A stretch of 64,000 nt of DNA, taken from Bacillota bacterium. Its GTDB lineage: Bacteria > Bacillota > Dehalobacteriia > UBA4068 > UBA4997. Under the pieces are notes generated by a model, which did no database searches, was not told where the DNA came from, and was given only the letters and a program-made list of their open reading frames with translations. The DNA is taken from the NCBI GenBank assembly GCA_021771915.1, contig JAETNY010000004.1, positions 80,945 through 144,944 of the forward strand, given 5' to 3'. The position numbers and the translations under genes are program-made. Below, piece by piece: positions 1-8,869 of the stretch (positions within the stretch are counted from its first letter, which is position 1; every line of letters starts with the position of its first letter).

Positions 1-414
1 TCGCTTTGGCGTTGGGGTTATAATTTAGGCATGGCTTTTCAGATTATTGATGATATACTGGATTTATCTGCTGATGAAGTTGCTTTAGGCAAACCAACGG
101 GCAATGACCTGCGGCAGGGTAATCTATCTTTGGCAGTGCTTTATGCCTTGCGCCTGTCGCCGCAGCAGGAAGCCGCAGAATTATCCAAACTGATTGAATG
201 CCTGCATAATGGTAAGATGTCTGCTTTGGCGCCGGCGCTGGATTTGGTGCGTAAAAGTGGTGGTTTGGTCTATGCGGTGCAAACAGCAGAACGTTTTTTG
301 TATAAATGTGAGCAGGAGCAAAGTCTTTGGCCGCAAAGTCGCGAGCGTCAAACGCTCGCTGATGTTTTGCTTTCCTTTCAGCAGCAGCTTAACCGTTTGG
401 CAACCGTTAACTAA
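1..414 (+). CDS. long-chain trans-polyprenyl diphosphate synthase, C-terminal fragment (5' end lies outside the window)
   Basis: Frame 1 is open from base 1. It carries the second Asp-rich motif FQIIDDILD followed by GKPTGNDLRQGN, typical of hepta/octaprenyl synthases. Confidence 0.85.
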   Translation, partial: SLWRWGYNLGMAFQIIDDILDLSADEVALGKPTGNDLRQGNLSLAVLYALRLSPQQEAAELSKLIECLHNGKMSALAPALDLVRKSGGLVYAVQTAERFLYKCEQEQSLWPQSRERQTLADVLLSFQQQLNRLATVN

Positions 415-445
415 AAGTTTATTTAAAATATTAGGAGGAAAATAA

Positions 446-1027
446 ATGGCAATCGAAAAATATTTGGAGCATTTACCTAAAATTGACCCAAAAAGCTATA
501 TTGCAAATTCCGCAGTGGTTATGGGTATGGTAGAGTTGGGCGAGGGCAGCAGTGTTTGGCCTAATGCTACTATGCGCGGTGATGTTAATTACATCAAAAT
601 GGGTAAGTTCAGCAATGTGCAGGATAATGCAGTTGTGCATGTGGCGGCTCAGCCTTGCCCAACCATTATTGGCAATCATGTAACTATTGGACACGGTGCT
701 ATTGTCCATGCCTGCATTATTGAGGATAACTGTCTTATTGGTATGGGAGCCACTGTTTTAGATGGTGCGGTGATTGGTCATGGTTCTATTGTTGGTGCTG
801 GGGCTGTGGTGGCTCCCGGCAAGATTATTCCGCCCTATTCCAAAGTTATGGGTATTCCCGGAAAGGTAATGGCCACTATGACTGAGGATGATGAAGAAGA
901 ACGCATTAAACATGCTCGGCGTTATTGGAATTTGGCAACAGAATATATTGAGGGCGGCGAAAAATATCTGTTAGATGAGCCAATTATTCCAATTGAAACA
1001 GAGGAAGAATACAAAAAATATTTATAA
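446..1027 (+). CDS. gamma-class carbonic anhydrase-like / left-handed beta-helix (hexapeptide repeat) protein
   Basis: Repeated hexapeptide pattern ([48 protein letters not shown]). The RBS AGGAGG lies upstream. Confidence 0.8.
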   Translation: MAIEKYLEHLPKIDPKSYIANSAVVMGMVELGEGSSVWPNATMRGDVNYIKMGKFSNVQDNAVVHVAAQPCPTIIGNHVTIGHGAIVHACIIEDNCLIGMGATVLDGAVIGHGSIVGAGAVVAPGKIIPPYSKVMGIPGKVMATMTEDDEEERIKHARRYWNLATEYIEGGEKYLLDEPIIPIETEEEYKKYL

Positions 1028-1041
1028 ACGGAGGTTGCGTT

Positions 1042-2133
1042 ATGGCTTCTGAAAAAAATGCTGATAAGAATAACGATAAAAACACAGCGTTGGAGGCAGC
1101 GTTAAAACAGATTGAGAAAAGCTTTGGCAAAGGTTCAGTAATGAAATTAGGTGCTTCTTCGGCGCAGGGAGTGGATGTTATTCCTACCGGCTGTTTGCCG
1201 CTGGATATTGCGCTGGGCGTGGGTGGTATTCCGCGTGGCAGAATTATTGAGATATATGGGCCAGAATCCTCCGGTAAGACCACTCTGGCCTTACATATTG
1301 CAGCAGAGGCGCAAAAGATGGGCGGTATTGCTGCTTTTATTGATGCGGAGCATGCTCTTGACCCGGTTTATGCGCATAATTTGGGTATTGATTTGGACGA
1401 GTTGTTGGTTTCTCAGCCAGATAGTGGTGAGCAGGCCCTTGAAATTGCCGAAGCGCTGGTGCGCAGTGGGGCGGTTGATGTGGTTATCGTGGATTCGGTG
1501 GCTGCTTTGGTTCCGCGTGCGGAATTGGAGGGCGATATGGGCGATGCGCATGTTGGTTTGCAGGCCAGATTGATGAGTCAGGCTTTGCGTAAATTAACTG
1601 GTGCTGTTAATAAGAGTCGCACGGCTATTGTGTTTATTAACCAGCTACGCGAAAAAATTGGCGTGATGTTCGGTAACCCGGAAACTACCGCTGGTGGTCG
1701 GGCGCTGAAATATTATGCTACGGTGCGCATTGATATCCGCCGTACAGAAACACTGAAGCAGGGAACAGATATGGTGGGTAACCGTACCAAGGCCAAAGTG
1801 GTTAAAAATAAGGTGGCGCCGCCATTTAAGATTGCTGAATTTGATATTGTATTTGGCGAAGGGATTTCTCGTGCTGGTTCATTATTGGATTTGGGCGTTA
1901 ACCTTGATATTATCAAAAAGAGCGGTTCTTGGTTTTCATATAAAGATGAAAAAATTGGTCAGGGACGAGAGAACGCTAAGAAGTATTTAAACAATAATCC
2001 GGAGATTTTTGCGGAATTGGAAACTAAGGTACGTGAATTATCTGTGACTTCTAACCGGATTTCTTTTGGCAGTACTGATGATGAAGCCAATAATGAGGCT
2101 ATTAATGAGTCGGCAGAGGTTAACGAGGAGTAG
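1042..2133 (+). CDS. recA: recombinase RecA
   Basis: Walker A motif GPESSGKTT, plus the FIDAEHALD and [27 protein letters not shown] signatures. The length is 363 aa. Confidence 0.98.
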   Translation: MASEKNADKNNDKNTALEAALKQIEKSFGKGSVMKLGASSAQGVDVIPTGCLPLDIALGVGGIPRGRIIEIYGPESSGKTTLALHIAAEAQKMGGIAAFIDAEHALDPVYAHNLGIDLDELLVSQPDSGEQALEIAEALVRSGAVDVVIVDSVAALVPRAELEGDMGDAHVGLQARLMSQALRKLTGAVNKSRTAIVFINQLREKIGVMFGNPETTAGGRALKYYATVRIDIRRTETLKQGTDMVGNRTKAKVVKNKVAPPFKIAEFDIVFGEGISRAGSLLDLGVNLDIIKKSGSWFSYKDEKIGQGRENAKKYLNNNPEIFAELETKVRELSVTSNRISFGSTDDEANNEAINESAEVNEE

Positions 2134-2176
2134 TTTTCCACAAAATATAAACAACGGCTAAAAAGTGAAAAAAATT

Positions 2177-2220
2177 AAGGAATAGTGCAAAAACAGTGCA
2201 CTATTCCTTTTTTTATTTTT
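2177..2220 (+). terminator. Rho-independent terminator of recA
   Basis: Stem AAGGAATAGTGCA (2177-2189) pairs with TGCACTATTCCTT (2197-2209), followed by a T-run. Confidence 0.8.
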
Positions 2221-2495
2221 TCAATAGGTACTTAAATGAACTTTTGTTCGGGGTGATTTTCGGCTTTTGCCTGTTGAAACTGTGGAAAATTAGGCAAATA
2301 CATGCTTTTAGCTAAAAATTTTTGCTAAAACACCCTTTATGAAAAAAACTTTTTATAGTGTTTTTATGGCTCTGAGCCGAATTTATAGGTGTATGCCTTG
2401 CTTAAATCCACAAATTATATTGATTGAAGGGCTAAACACCCTTTTTTTGCTGTGTAAATGGTCAGTTTTTGTAGTTAAAAACAGGGGTAATGGGC

Positions 2496-2524
2496 TTGCT
2501 TTTTATAAAGAAAATGGTTAAAAT
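2496..2524 (+). promoter_or_regulatory. candidate sigma-A promoter of the dcw cluster (Pmra)
   Basis: TTGCTT (2496-2501), a 17-nt spacer, then TAAAAT (2519-2524), just upstream of the phased GTG repeats. Confidence 0.45.
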
Positions 2525-2532
2525 TATGTTGT

Positions 2533-2591
2533 AGGTGTTAAAAAGTGGTTTAAAAGTGTTAGTAAGTGTTAAAAAGTGGTAGATGTAGTGG
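2533..2591 (+). promoter_or_regulatory. putative MraZ operator: six phased direct repeats A(A/G)GTG(G/T)
   Basis: GTG cores start at 2535, 2545, 2556, 2566, 2576 and 2588, a spacing of 10-12 bp or one helical turn. The array sits 36 nt upstream of the mraZ start. Confidence 0.65.
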
Positions 2592-2626
2592 CAGAATAAA
2601 GCCCGTCCTCCGGGAGGTGAGAGCAA

Positions 2627-3073
2627 ATGTCGTTCATGGGCACATATCAGAATAATGTGGACCCCAAGGGAAGAGTTAGTATTCCTGTGAAATACAGAGA
2701 TGCTCTCGGTGAACGGTTTTTTGTGACCAAGGGCTTTGATAGCTGCATTGATATCTATACTGTTGACGAGTGGGAAAAATTTGCGGACAAGCTGCAAAAG
2801 CTTTCTGTTACCAAGCGTGATATGCGTAATTTTGTACGTTTTATCTTTGGTAACGCCACAGAAGTGGAGTTGGACAAGCAGGGACGTATTTTGCTGCCGG
2901 CAATGCTGCGTGAAACAGTTGGTATCGAAAAAGAAGTGATAGTTATGGGCGTAGGGAACAAGGTGGAAATTTGGGACAAAGCCAAGTGGGAAGAACATCA
3001 GCAAGTTATTTCCCAACATATCTCAGAGATTTCTGAAAATCTGGGTTCTTTTGATGTTGACTTTGATTTTTAA
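2627..3073 (+). CDS. mraZ: transcriptional regulator MraZ
   Basis: N-terminus MSFMGTYQNNVDPKGRVSIPVKYR and two SpoVT/AbrB-like repeats (DKQGRILLP). It is the first gene of the dcw cluster. Confidence 0.95.
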   Translation: MSFMGTYQNNVDPKGRVSIPVKYRDALGERFFVTKGFDSCIDIYTVDEWEKFADKLQKLSVTKRDMRNFVRFIFGNATEVELDKQGRILLPAMLRETVGIEKEVIVMGVGNKVEIWDKAKWEEHQQVISQHISEISENLGSFDVDFDF

Positions 3074-3165
3074 GCTTGGTAATTTGTGATCGATTTGCAT
3101 GATTGGTGTTTCTATGTAGTGTGGCAGGTATGGAGTAAGTTTTCAGGATGTACAGAGGTGGATAA

Positions 3166-4104
3166 TTGAACTTTAAGCATCAATCTGTTTTATTGAAAGA
3201 AACCATTGCCAGTTTAAATTTGCAATCTGGTGGGCTTTATGTAGATGGCACTTTGGGCGGTGGTGGTCATAGTCAGGCCATATTGGAGGCCACGGCGCCA
3301 GATGGTTGTTTGTTGGGGCTTGACCGTGATGATGATGCATTGGCGGCGGCTACGGCGCGTTTACAGGAGTTTGGTGAGCGTTTTAAGCCGATTAAAGCCA
3401 ACTTTGCAGATATGGCGCAGGTTTTGGCGACAGAAAATATCAGCGAGGTTGATGGGGTTCTCTTAGACATTGGCGTTTCATCATATCAGTTAGATGAACC
3501 GACAAGAGGTTTTTCATATATGCAGGACGGCCCTTTGGATATGCGACTGGACAGGCGCGATGGCCAAACGGTGGCTGAATTGCTGGCTTTGATTGATGAA
3601 ACAGAATTGGCGAACATAATTTATCGTTATGGTGAGGAAAAATTTTCAAGGCGGATTGCCAGACGAATTGTAGAGGAGCGAGAACGGCAGCCTTTAAGCA
3701 GCACTGTTCAGCTGGCAGAGTTGGTTGCTTCAGCTATACCGGCCGCTAAACGCCGGCAGGAAAAGCAACACCCGGCCAAGAGAACCTTCCAGGCTTTGCG
3801 TATTGCAGTTAATGATGAATTAGGCGCTTTGGAGAAAGGTTTGGCGGCTGCATTTGCAGCTTTGAGAAGTGGCGGCAGGTTATCTGTAATAACCTTTCAT
3901 TCACTGGAAGACCGGATTGTTAAGACCTATTTTGCCAGTTTAGCCAGAGGTTGCGAATGTCCGCCGGAATTTCCGGTTTGTGTGTGCGGCAAAAAACCAC
4001 AAGGGCGATTGCTTCAGCGTAAGCCGCAAACAGCTGCGGCAGAGGAGTTGGCCGATAATCCCCGGGCGCGTAGCGCCAAGTTGCGAACAATAGAAAAAAT
4101 ATAG
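3166..4104 (+). CDS. rsmH: 16S rRNA (cytosine1402-N4)-methyltransferase RsmH
   Basis: HQSVLLKE, DGTLGGGGHS, DLGVSSYQLD and ITFHSLEDRIVK motifs. TTG start with RBS GAGGTGG. Confidence 0.95.
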   Translation: MNFKHQSVLLKETIASLNLQSGGLYVDGTLGGGGHSQAILEATAPDGCLLGLDRDDDALAAATARLQEFGERFKPIKANFADMAQVLATENISEVDGVLLDIGVSSYQLDEPTRGFSYMQDGPLDMRLDRRDGQTVAELLALIDETELANIIYRYGEEKFSRRIARRIVEERERQPLSSTVQLAELVASAIPAAKRRQEKQHPAKRTFQALRIAVNDELGALEKGLAAAFAALRSGGRLSVITFHSLEDRIVKTYFASLARGCECPPEFPVCVCGKKPQGRLLQRKPQTAAAEELADNPRARSAKLRTIEKI

Positions 4105-4240
4105 CATAATAAAAGATTTAACATAAAAATTTCAGGTATTAAAGAGTTATAAAATTTATAATATTGTTTTTGTTAATTAGGATTTTAAGGAAAGCATGAT
4201 AAATATGTTAAAAGTGCTTTCAGAAAGGACGTGACGTAAA

Positions 4241-4831
4241 TTGCAAACAGCCTATAAATACCAACCAACTGAAGCCGAAATACGTCGGGCACAGTTTAAA
4301 GTTTATGAAGCTAATTCTGAAAGTGATAAAAGTATTATGCAGAAAAAACGCAAAAAACTGCGTTTTCGCCAGAGAGCACAAGTTCTGTTTTCGGTGTTTC
4401 TGATTTTTATGATGAGTATGGGTTATATGATGCTTAATACGCAGATTACCATGCTGGGTTATGAAATTAATAAAACAATGGCGGCTATTGATTCACTTTC
4501 CAATGATAATGCCAAGCTGTTGCTGGAGATTGAAACTGCAACCTCACCGGAAAAGGTTAACGCTTACGCGATGGAGCATTTTAACATGGTTGCGGCCACA
4601 GAAGATACCGTGGTTTATTATGAAGAAACTCCGAACTATGATTATCAGTTGGGTGCGAATGGTATGGCAATGGACCCGACGGTTTTGGGTTATGGTTCTG
4701 TTGAGGTTCTGGAGTCCAATACTGATAATAATTTTATAGATACGATTAGTTCGCTTTGGCGTTCGTTTACAGGTAATGATAGCGGTAATGATGACGGCGG
4801 CGGCAATGTTCAGGTAGGCATGAGTAATTAG
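4241..4831 (+). CDS. ftsL: FtsL-like cell division protein (single TM plus coiled coil) with a long low-complexity C-terminal tail
   Basis: It sits between rsmH and the class B PBP. One TM segment (VLFSVFLIFMMSMGYMMLN) is followed by a coiled-coil segment. The start codon is uncertain. Confidence 0.6.
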   Translation: MQTAYKYQPTEAEIRRAQFKVYEANSESDKSIMQKKRKKLRFRQRAQVLFSVFLIFMMSMGYMMLNTQITMLGYEINKTMAAIDSLSNDNAKLLLEIETATSPEKVNAYAMEHFNMVAATEDTVVYYEETPNYDYQLGANGMAMDPTVLGYGSVEVLESNTDNNFIDTISSLWRSFTGNDSGNDDGGGNVQVGMSN

Positions 4832-4864
4832 TTTAATAAGAACTGGAGAATAAAGCCTGTTAAT

Positions 4865-7144
4865 TTGCAATCGGGGCTTTATTCTCTGCTTTTAGGGGCA
4901 TTTTTAGCAGGTCGGTTAAATAGTAATATAATATATGGTGCGTTAGGGGGGCTATTTTTGCAGAAAAGTCAATTCATGTTGAGAAAAAATCTGGTCGGTG
5001 TGTTTATGCTGCTGACTTTCTGTTTTGTTTTGGTTGGCGTTGGCCTGGGTTACCGCACTTTGGTGCAGGGGGCAGAATTGCAATCCAAGGCTGAAAATAC
5101 GCGTACTCGTTCTGTTACAGTTCCGGCTAATCGCGGTACGATTTATGACCGCACAGGTTCAGTTCTGGCAGTCAGCGTCAGCACTGACTCGGTGGCGGTT
5201 AATCCCAGTCAGATAAAAGACGCTGATTTGCCAGGTGTGGCTGAAAAACTTTCGGCCATTTTAGAACTGGATTACAGCGCTGTTTATGAACGCCTTACCA
5301 AAAATTCTTATTTTGAATGGATTAAGCGCAGGGCTGATTTTGAAATGATTGATGAACTTAAAGCAGAGATGCAAAGTGATAAGGAGAGCAAAACAAAAAC
5401 ACTTTCTGGCGTTATGTTGGTTGAAGAAACGCAGCGCTATTATCCCAAGGTTACGCTAGCTGCTAATTTGCTAGGGTTTGCAGGTATCGACAACCAGGGG
5501 TTGGAGGGTATTGAGTATTCCTATGATGAAATTCTGAAAGGCGTAGACGGAAGTATCGTCACGGAATTTGACAGTAAAAATAATATTATTCAGCAGGCTA
5601 TTCAGGAATATAATCAGCCGCAAGATGGTTATAATATATATCTGACGATTGATGAGAATATTCAGTATTTTGCCGAGCGTGAACTTGACAATTTAATGAA
5701 CAGTGAAACTCCGCCCAAGGCGGCCGCTGTTTTGGCAATGGACCCTAAAACCGGAGCTATTCTGGCCTGGGCTAACCGGCCGACTTATGACCCCAATAAT
5801 TATCAACAGTATGACAGCAGTTATCGGCGTAATATGCTGATTACCGACGTTTATGAGCCGGGCTCCACTTTTAAAATTATTACGGCCTCTGCGGCGCTTG
5901 ACAGTGGTGCTGTTACAGTAAACGACCGTTTTTACGACCCCGGTTATGTTCAGGTTGGCTCGGCCAAAATCAGCTGCTGGCGTGATTATCGGCCGCATGG
6001 CAGCCAAAGCTTTGCTGAAATTATTCAAAATTCCTGCAATCCCTGCTTTGTTAATCTGGTACAGCGCATGGAGGAAAAACAAAAGGGCACTTTCTATAAA
6101 TATATTGATGCTTTTGGCTTTGGACAGATTACTGGTCTGGGTTTGCAGGGTGAGTCCAAGGGGTTGGTTATCAATCCAGACAGAGTGACAACGCTGGATA
6201 TGTCGACGATGTCTATTGGGCAGAGTATTGCTGTAACTCCTTTGCAGCTGGTAACGGCAGTTTCGGCTGTGGCCAATGGCGGTATTCTGTTACAGCCTCA
6301 GATTATTGACCATATTACGGATAAAGACGGCAACATGATACAGGAATTTGAGAAAAAAGAAGTACGCAGGGTGATTTCTGAAGATGTTGCGGATACCGTT
6401 TGCTTAATGTTGGAAAATGTTGTAACTAAAGGCACTGGTTCTCGGGCGTATGTGCCAGGTTATCGTGTGGGCGGCAAGAGTGGTACGGCACAAAAGCCGG
6501 GCGAGGGCGGTTATGTTGATGGCAAATATATTGCTTCTTTCTGTGCTATTGCGCCGGTTGACGACCCCAGAGTAGTAATGCTGGTAATTTTGGACGAACC
6601 AAGTAGCGAGTTGTATCAGGGCGGTCAGGTGGCAGCGCCGGTTTTACAGCTGATTATGGCGGATACCCTGCGTTATCTGGGTGTAGTTTCACAGTTGCAG
6701 GATATTAAAACTGAAAAGATTGATTTTAAGGCAGAGCAGTTAACATCAGTCCCCGATGTACGTGGGCTTACTGTGGAAGAAGCGCAAAAAGTTATTTCGG
6801 TGGCTGGTCTGAATTATCAAATAAATGGTAGTGGTACTTATATTGGCAGTCAAACCCCGGCTTCTTTCAGTCAGGTGGCGGTTGGTACAACAATTCTGTT
6901 GGATACTATTGGCAGCACAGATACGGATATGGTAACAGTGCCGGATTTAACCGGTCGATATGTGCGTGAGGTGGCTGAGATTCTGAACGCCATGGGGCTT
7001 AAGGTTAAAACTGAGGGCAGTGGTCAGGCGTATGAACAAAGCCCGGTGCCGGGAGTGCGTGTGAACCGAGGCGATGTAATAACGGTTTATTTCCATAATA
7101 ATAATTCGGTTCTACCAGAGGATAATTTGGAGGAACCATACTAA
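4865..7144 (+). CDS. class B penicillin-binding protein (FtsI/PBP2B/SpoVD type) with two C-terminal PASTA domains
   Basis: Transpeptidase motifs STFK, SCN and KSGTA, plus two PASTA-like repeats near the C-terminus. The true start is probably TTG 4958 (RBS GGGGGG at 4946-4951) or ATG 4976. Confidence 0.9.
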   Translation: MQSGLYSLLLGAFLAGRLNSNIIYGALGGLFLQKSQFMLRKNLVGVFMLLTFCFVLVGVGLGYRTLVQGAELQSKAENTRTRSVTVPANRGTIYDRTGSVLAVSVSTDSVAVNPSQIKDADLPGVAEKLSAILELDYSAVYERLTKNSYFEWIKRRADFEMIDELKAEMQSDKESKTKTLSGVMLVEETQRYYPKVTLAANLLGFAGIDNQGLEGIEYSYDEILKGVDGSIVTEFDSKNNIIQQAIQEYNQPQDGYNIYLTIDENIQYFAERELDNLMNSETPPKAAAVLAMDPKTGAILAWANRPTYDPNNYQQYDSSYRRNMLITDVYEPGSTFKIITASAALDSGAVTVNDRFYDPGYVQVGSAKISCWRDYRPHGSQSFAEIIQNSCNPCFVNLVQRMEEKQKGTFYKYIDAFGFGQITGLGLQGESKGLVINPDRVTTLDMSTMSIGQSIAVTPLQLVTAVSAVANGGILLQPQIIDHITDKDGNMIQEFEKKEVRRVISEDVADTVCLMLENVVTKGTGSRAYVPGYRVGGKSGTAQKPGEGGYVDGKYIASFCAIAPVDDPRVVMLVILDEPSSELYQGGQVAAPVLQLIMADTLRYLGVVSQLQDIKTEKIDFKAEQLTSVPDVRGLTVEEAQKVISVAGLNYQINGSGTYIGSQTPASFSQVAVGTTILLDTIGSTDTDMVTVPDLTGRYVREVAEILNAMGLKVKTEGSGQAYEQSPVPGVRVNRGDVITVYFHNNNSVLPEDNLEEPY

Positions 7145-7301
7145 ATCATTTAATATTTTTCGGTAAAATAGTATATATTGCGTAAATTTAACAAAATAAG
7201 AAAAACTAAAGAGGAAATTAATAACAAAAGGGGAATTAATTATAGTTATAGTTTTTTAGAAAAAAAGGGCTTGCCGTAATTATTGTTTAAGGAGGCAGAA
7301 A

Positions 7302-8777
7302 ATGAGATTAAGAGATATTGCATTTTATCTAAATTTAGACCCCGATAGCGTGCCGGATATCAACGTGAAAAATCTGCACTATGATTCTCGCACAGTGCAG
7401 CCGGAAGATGTTTTTATCGCGCTGATTGGCACCAATACTGACGGACATAATTATATTGAACATGCTGTTGCTAATGGCGCTGTGGCGGTTATTGCTGAGT
7501 ATGCGCCTCAGAACGTGGCCGTGCATACGCCGGTTCTGGTGGTTAAGGATACCAGAGAGGTTATCTCTTTACTGGCCGAATTAGTGCATGATTTTCCAGA
7601 CCGCAAGCTGGATATTGTCGGCGTGACGGGAACAAATGGCAAAACTACTACCACAAATTTGGTGCGCTATCTCTGGCAGCAGCGGCAGATTAAAGCCGGT
7701 TTGATTGGTACTATCTGCAATTATTGTGATGAGCGCCGCCTGCCGGCAGTTAACACCACGCCGGAGCCGTTGCATTTGGCAGAGTTGTTGGCGCAAATGG
7801 TGGAGGAGGAATGTACTCATCTGGTTATGGAGGTTTCCTCGCATGCTTTGAAGCAAAAGCGCGTTGACGCTTTGCAGTTCCGGGGAGCGGTTTTCACTAA
7901 CTTGACGCAGGACCATTTGGATTATCATCGTACATTTGAAGATTATTTGGACGCTAAATTGCAGCTGTTTAGAATGTTGGGGCGTAATCAGGAAAAAACT
8001 TTTGCGGTGGTGAATATTGATGATCCACGCGCGGAGCATTTTTGCCGTGCAGCAGCCGAAAGTCAGGCTGAATGCTGGACGTACAGCATGGAGCAGTCGG
8101 CGACGCTGAAAGCTGAAAATTATCATCTGACTAGACATGGCGCTGAGTTTGATTTGCTTTATCAGGGAGAGCGTTTTGTTGCCAGGCTGCCGCTTTCCGG
8201 CAAGTTTAATGTTTATAACGCCATGGCGGCCTTGGGGGTATTGCTGGCAGAGGGCTATGCTTTGCCGGAGTTATTGGCTGATTTACAGAATGTGCCGCAG
8301 GTTCCTGGTCGCTTTGAAAAAATCGAGGAGGGGCAGGAGTTTGGCGTTGTTGTGGACTATGCGCATACGCCGGACGGTTTGGAAAATGTCTTAAAGACGG
8401 CAAGAGAGTTGGTTGCTGGTCGTTTGATTACTGTTTTTGGCTGCGGTGGCGACCGTGACCATGGCAAGCGTCCTCAAATGGGTGAATTGGCCGGCCGGTT
8501 AAGCGATTATGCGATTATTACTTCTGATAATCCGCGTACAGAAAATCCGTTAGCAATTATTGCCGATATTGAAGCTGGTATTAAACAGGTTAGCAGTGAT
8601 TATGAAATTGAGGCAGACCGCCGTCTGGCAATTGGCAAGGCGCTGGCGTTGGCAGAGCCGCAGGATTTGGTATTGATTGCCGGCAAGGGGCATGAGGATT
8701 ATCAGCTGGTTAATGGTCGTGTTCTGGATTTTGATGACCGTAAAGTGGCCAGAGAGTTTTTGCAGGCCAATAAATAA
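7302..8777 (+). CDS. murE: UDP-N-acetylmuramoyl-L-alanyl-D-glutamate--2,6-diaminopimelate ligase MurE
   Basis: Mur ligase P-loop GVTGTNGKTTT and a DNPR motif (ITSDNPRTENP). It holds the dcw position after the PBP. Confidence 0.95.
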   Translation: MRLRDIAFYLNLDPDSVPDINVKNLHYDSRTVQPEDVFIALIGTNTDGHNYIEHAVANGAVAVIAEYAPQNVAVHTPVLVVKDTREVISLLAELVHDFPDRKLDIVGVTGTNGKTTTTNLVRYLWQQRQIKAGLIGTICNYCDERRLPAVNTTPEPLHLAELLAQMVEEECTHLVMEVSSHALKQKRVDALQFRGAVFTNLTQDHLDYHRTFEDYLDAKLQLFRMLGRNQEKTFAVVNIDDPRAEHFCRAAAESQAECWTYSMEQSATLKAENYHLTRHGAEFDLLYQGERFVARLPLSGKFNVYNAMAALGVLLAEGYALPELLADLQNVPQVPGRFEKIEEGQEFGVVVDYAHTPDGLENVLKTARELVAGRLITVFGCGGDRDHGKRPQMGELAGRLSDYAIITSDNPRTENPLAIIADIEAGIKQVSSDYEIEADRRLAIGKALALAEPQDLVLIAGKGHEDYQLVNGRVLDFDDRKVAREFLQANK

Positions 8778-8869
8778 TAAAGCTGGGGCGTTAAGCCCCG
8801 GCTAATTGTCGTTAATTTGAGATGTTTTAAGTTGGTTTATGCTATTCAGTTTGTGCGGAGGCTTGGTTT

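Noticed and set aside
2339-2521. A 60-aa ORF in the recA-mraZ spacer.
   Set aside because: It has no RBS, a hydrophobic low-complexity translation and a poor codon pattern. The region is treated as non-coding, as described in the finding for 2221-2495.
2462-3019. A 185-aa minus-strand ORF overlapping mraZ. Similar long antisense ORFs occur at 7581-8138, 30909-31469, 34370-34876, 36453-36962 and 56145-56645.
   Set aside because: Each lies entirely antisense to a confidently identified conserved gene. They lack an RBS and have skewed, low-complexity composition. They are shadow ORFs.
8781-8805. The GC-rich hairpin after murE, considered as a terminator.
   Set aside because: No T-run follows it, and mraY and the rest of the dcw genes continue downstream. 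It is more likely an RNA stability or processing element, and it is mentioned only in the murF finding.
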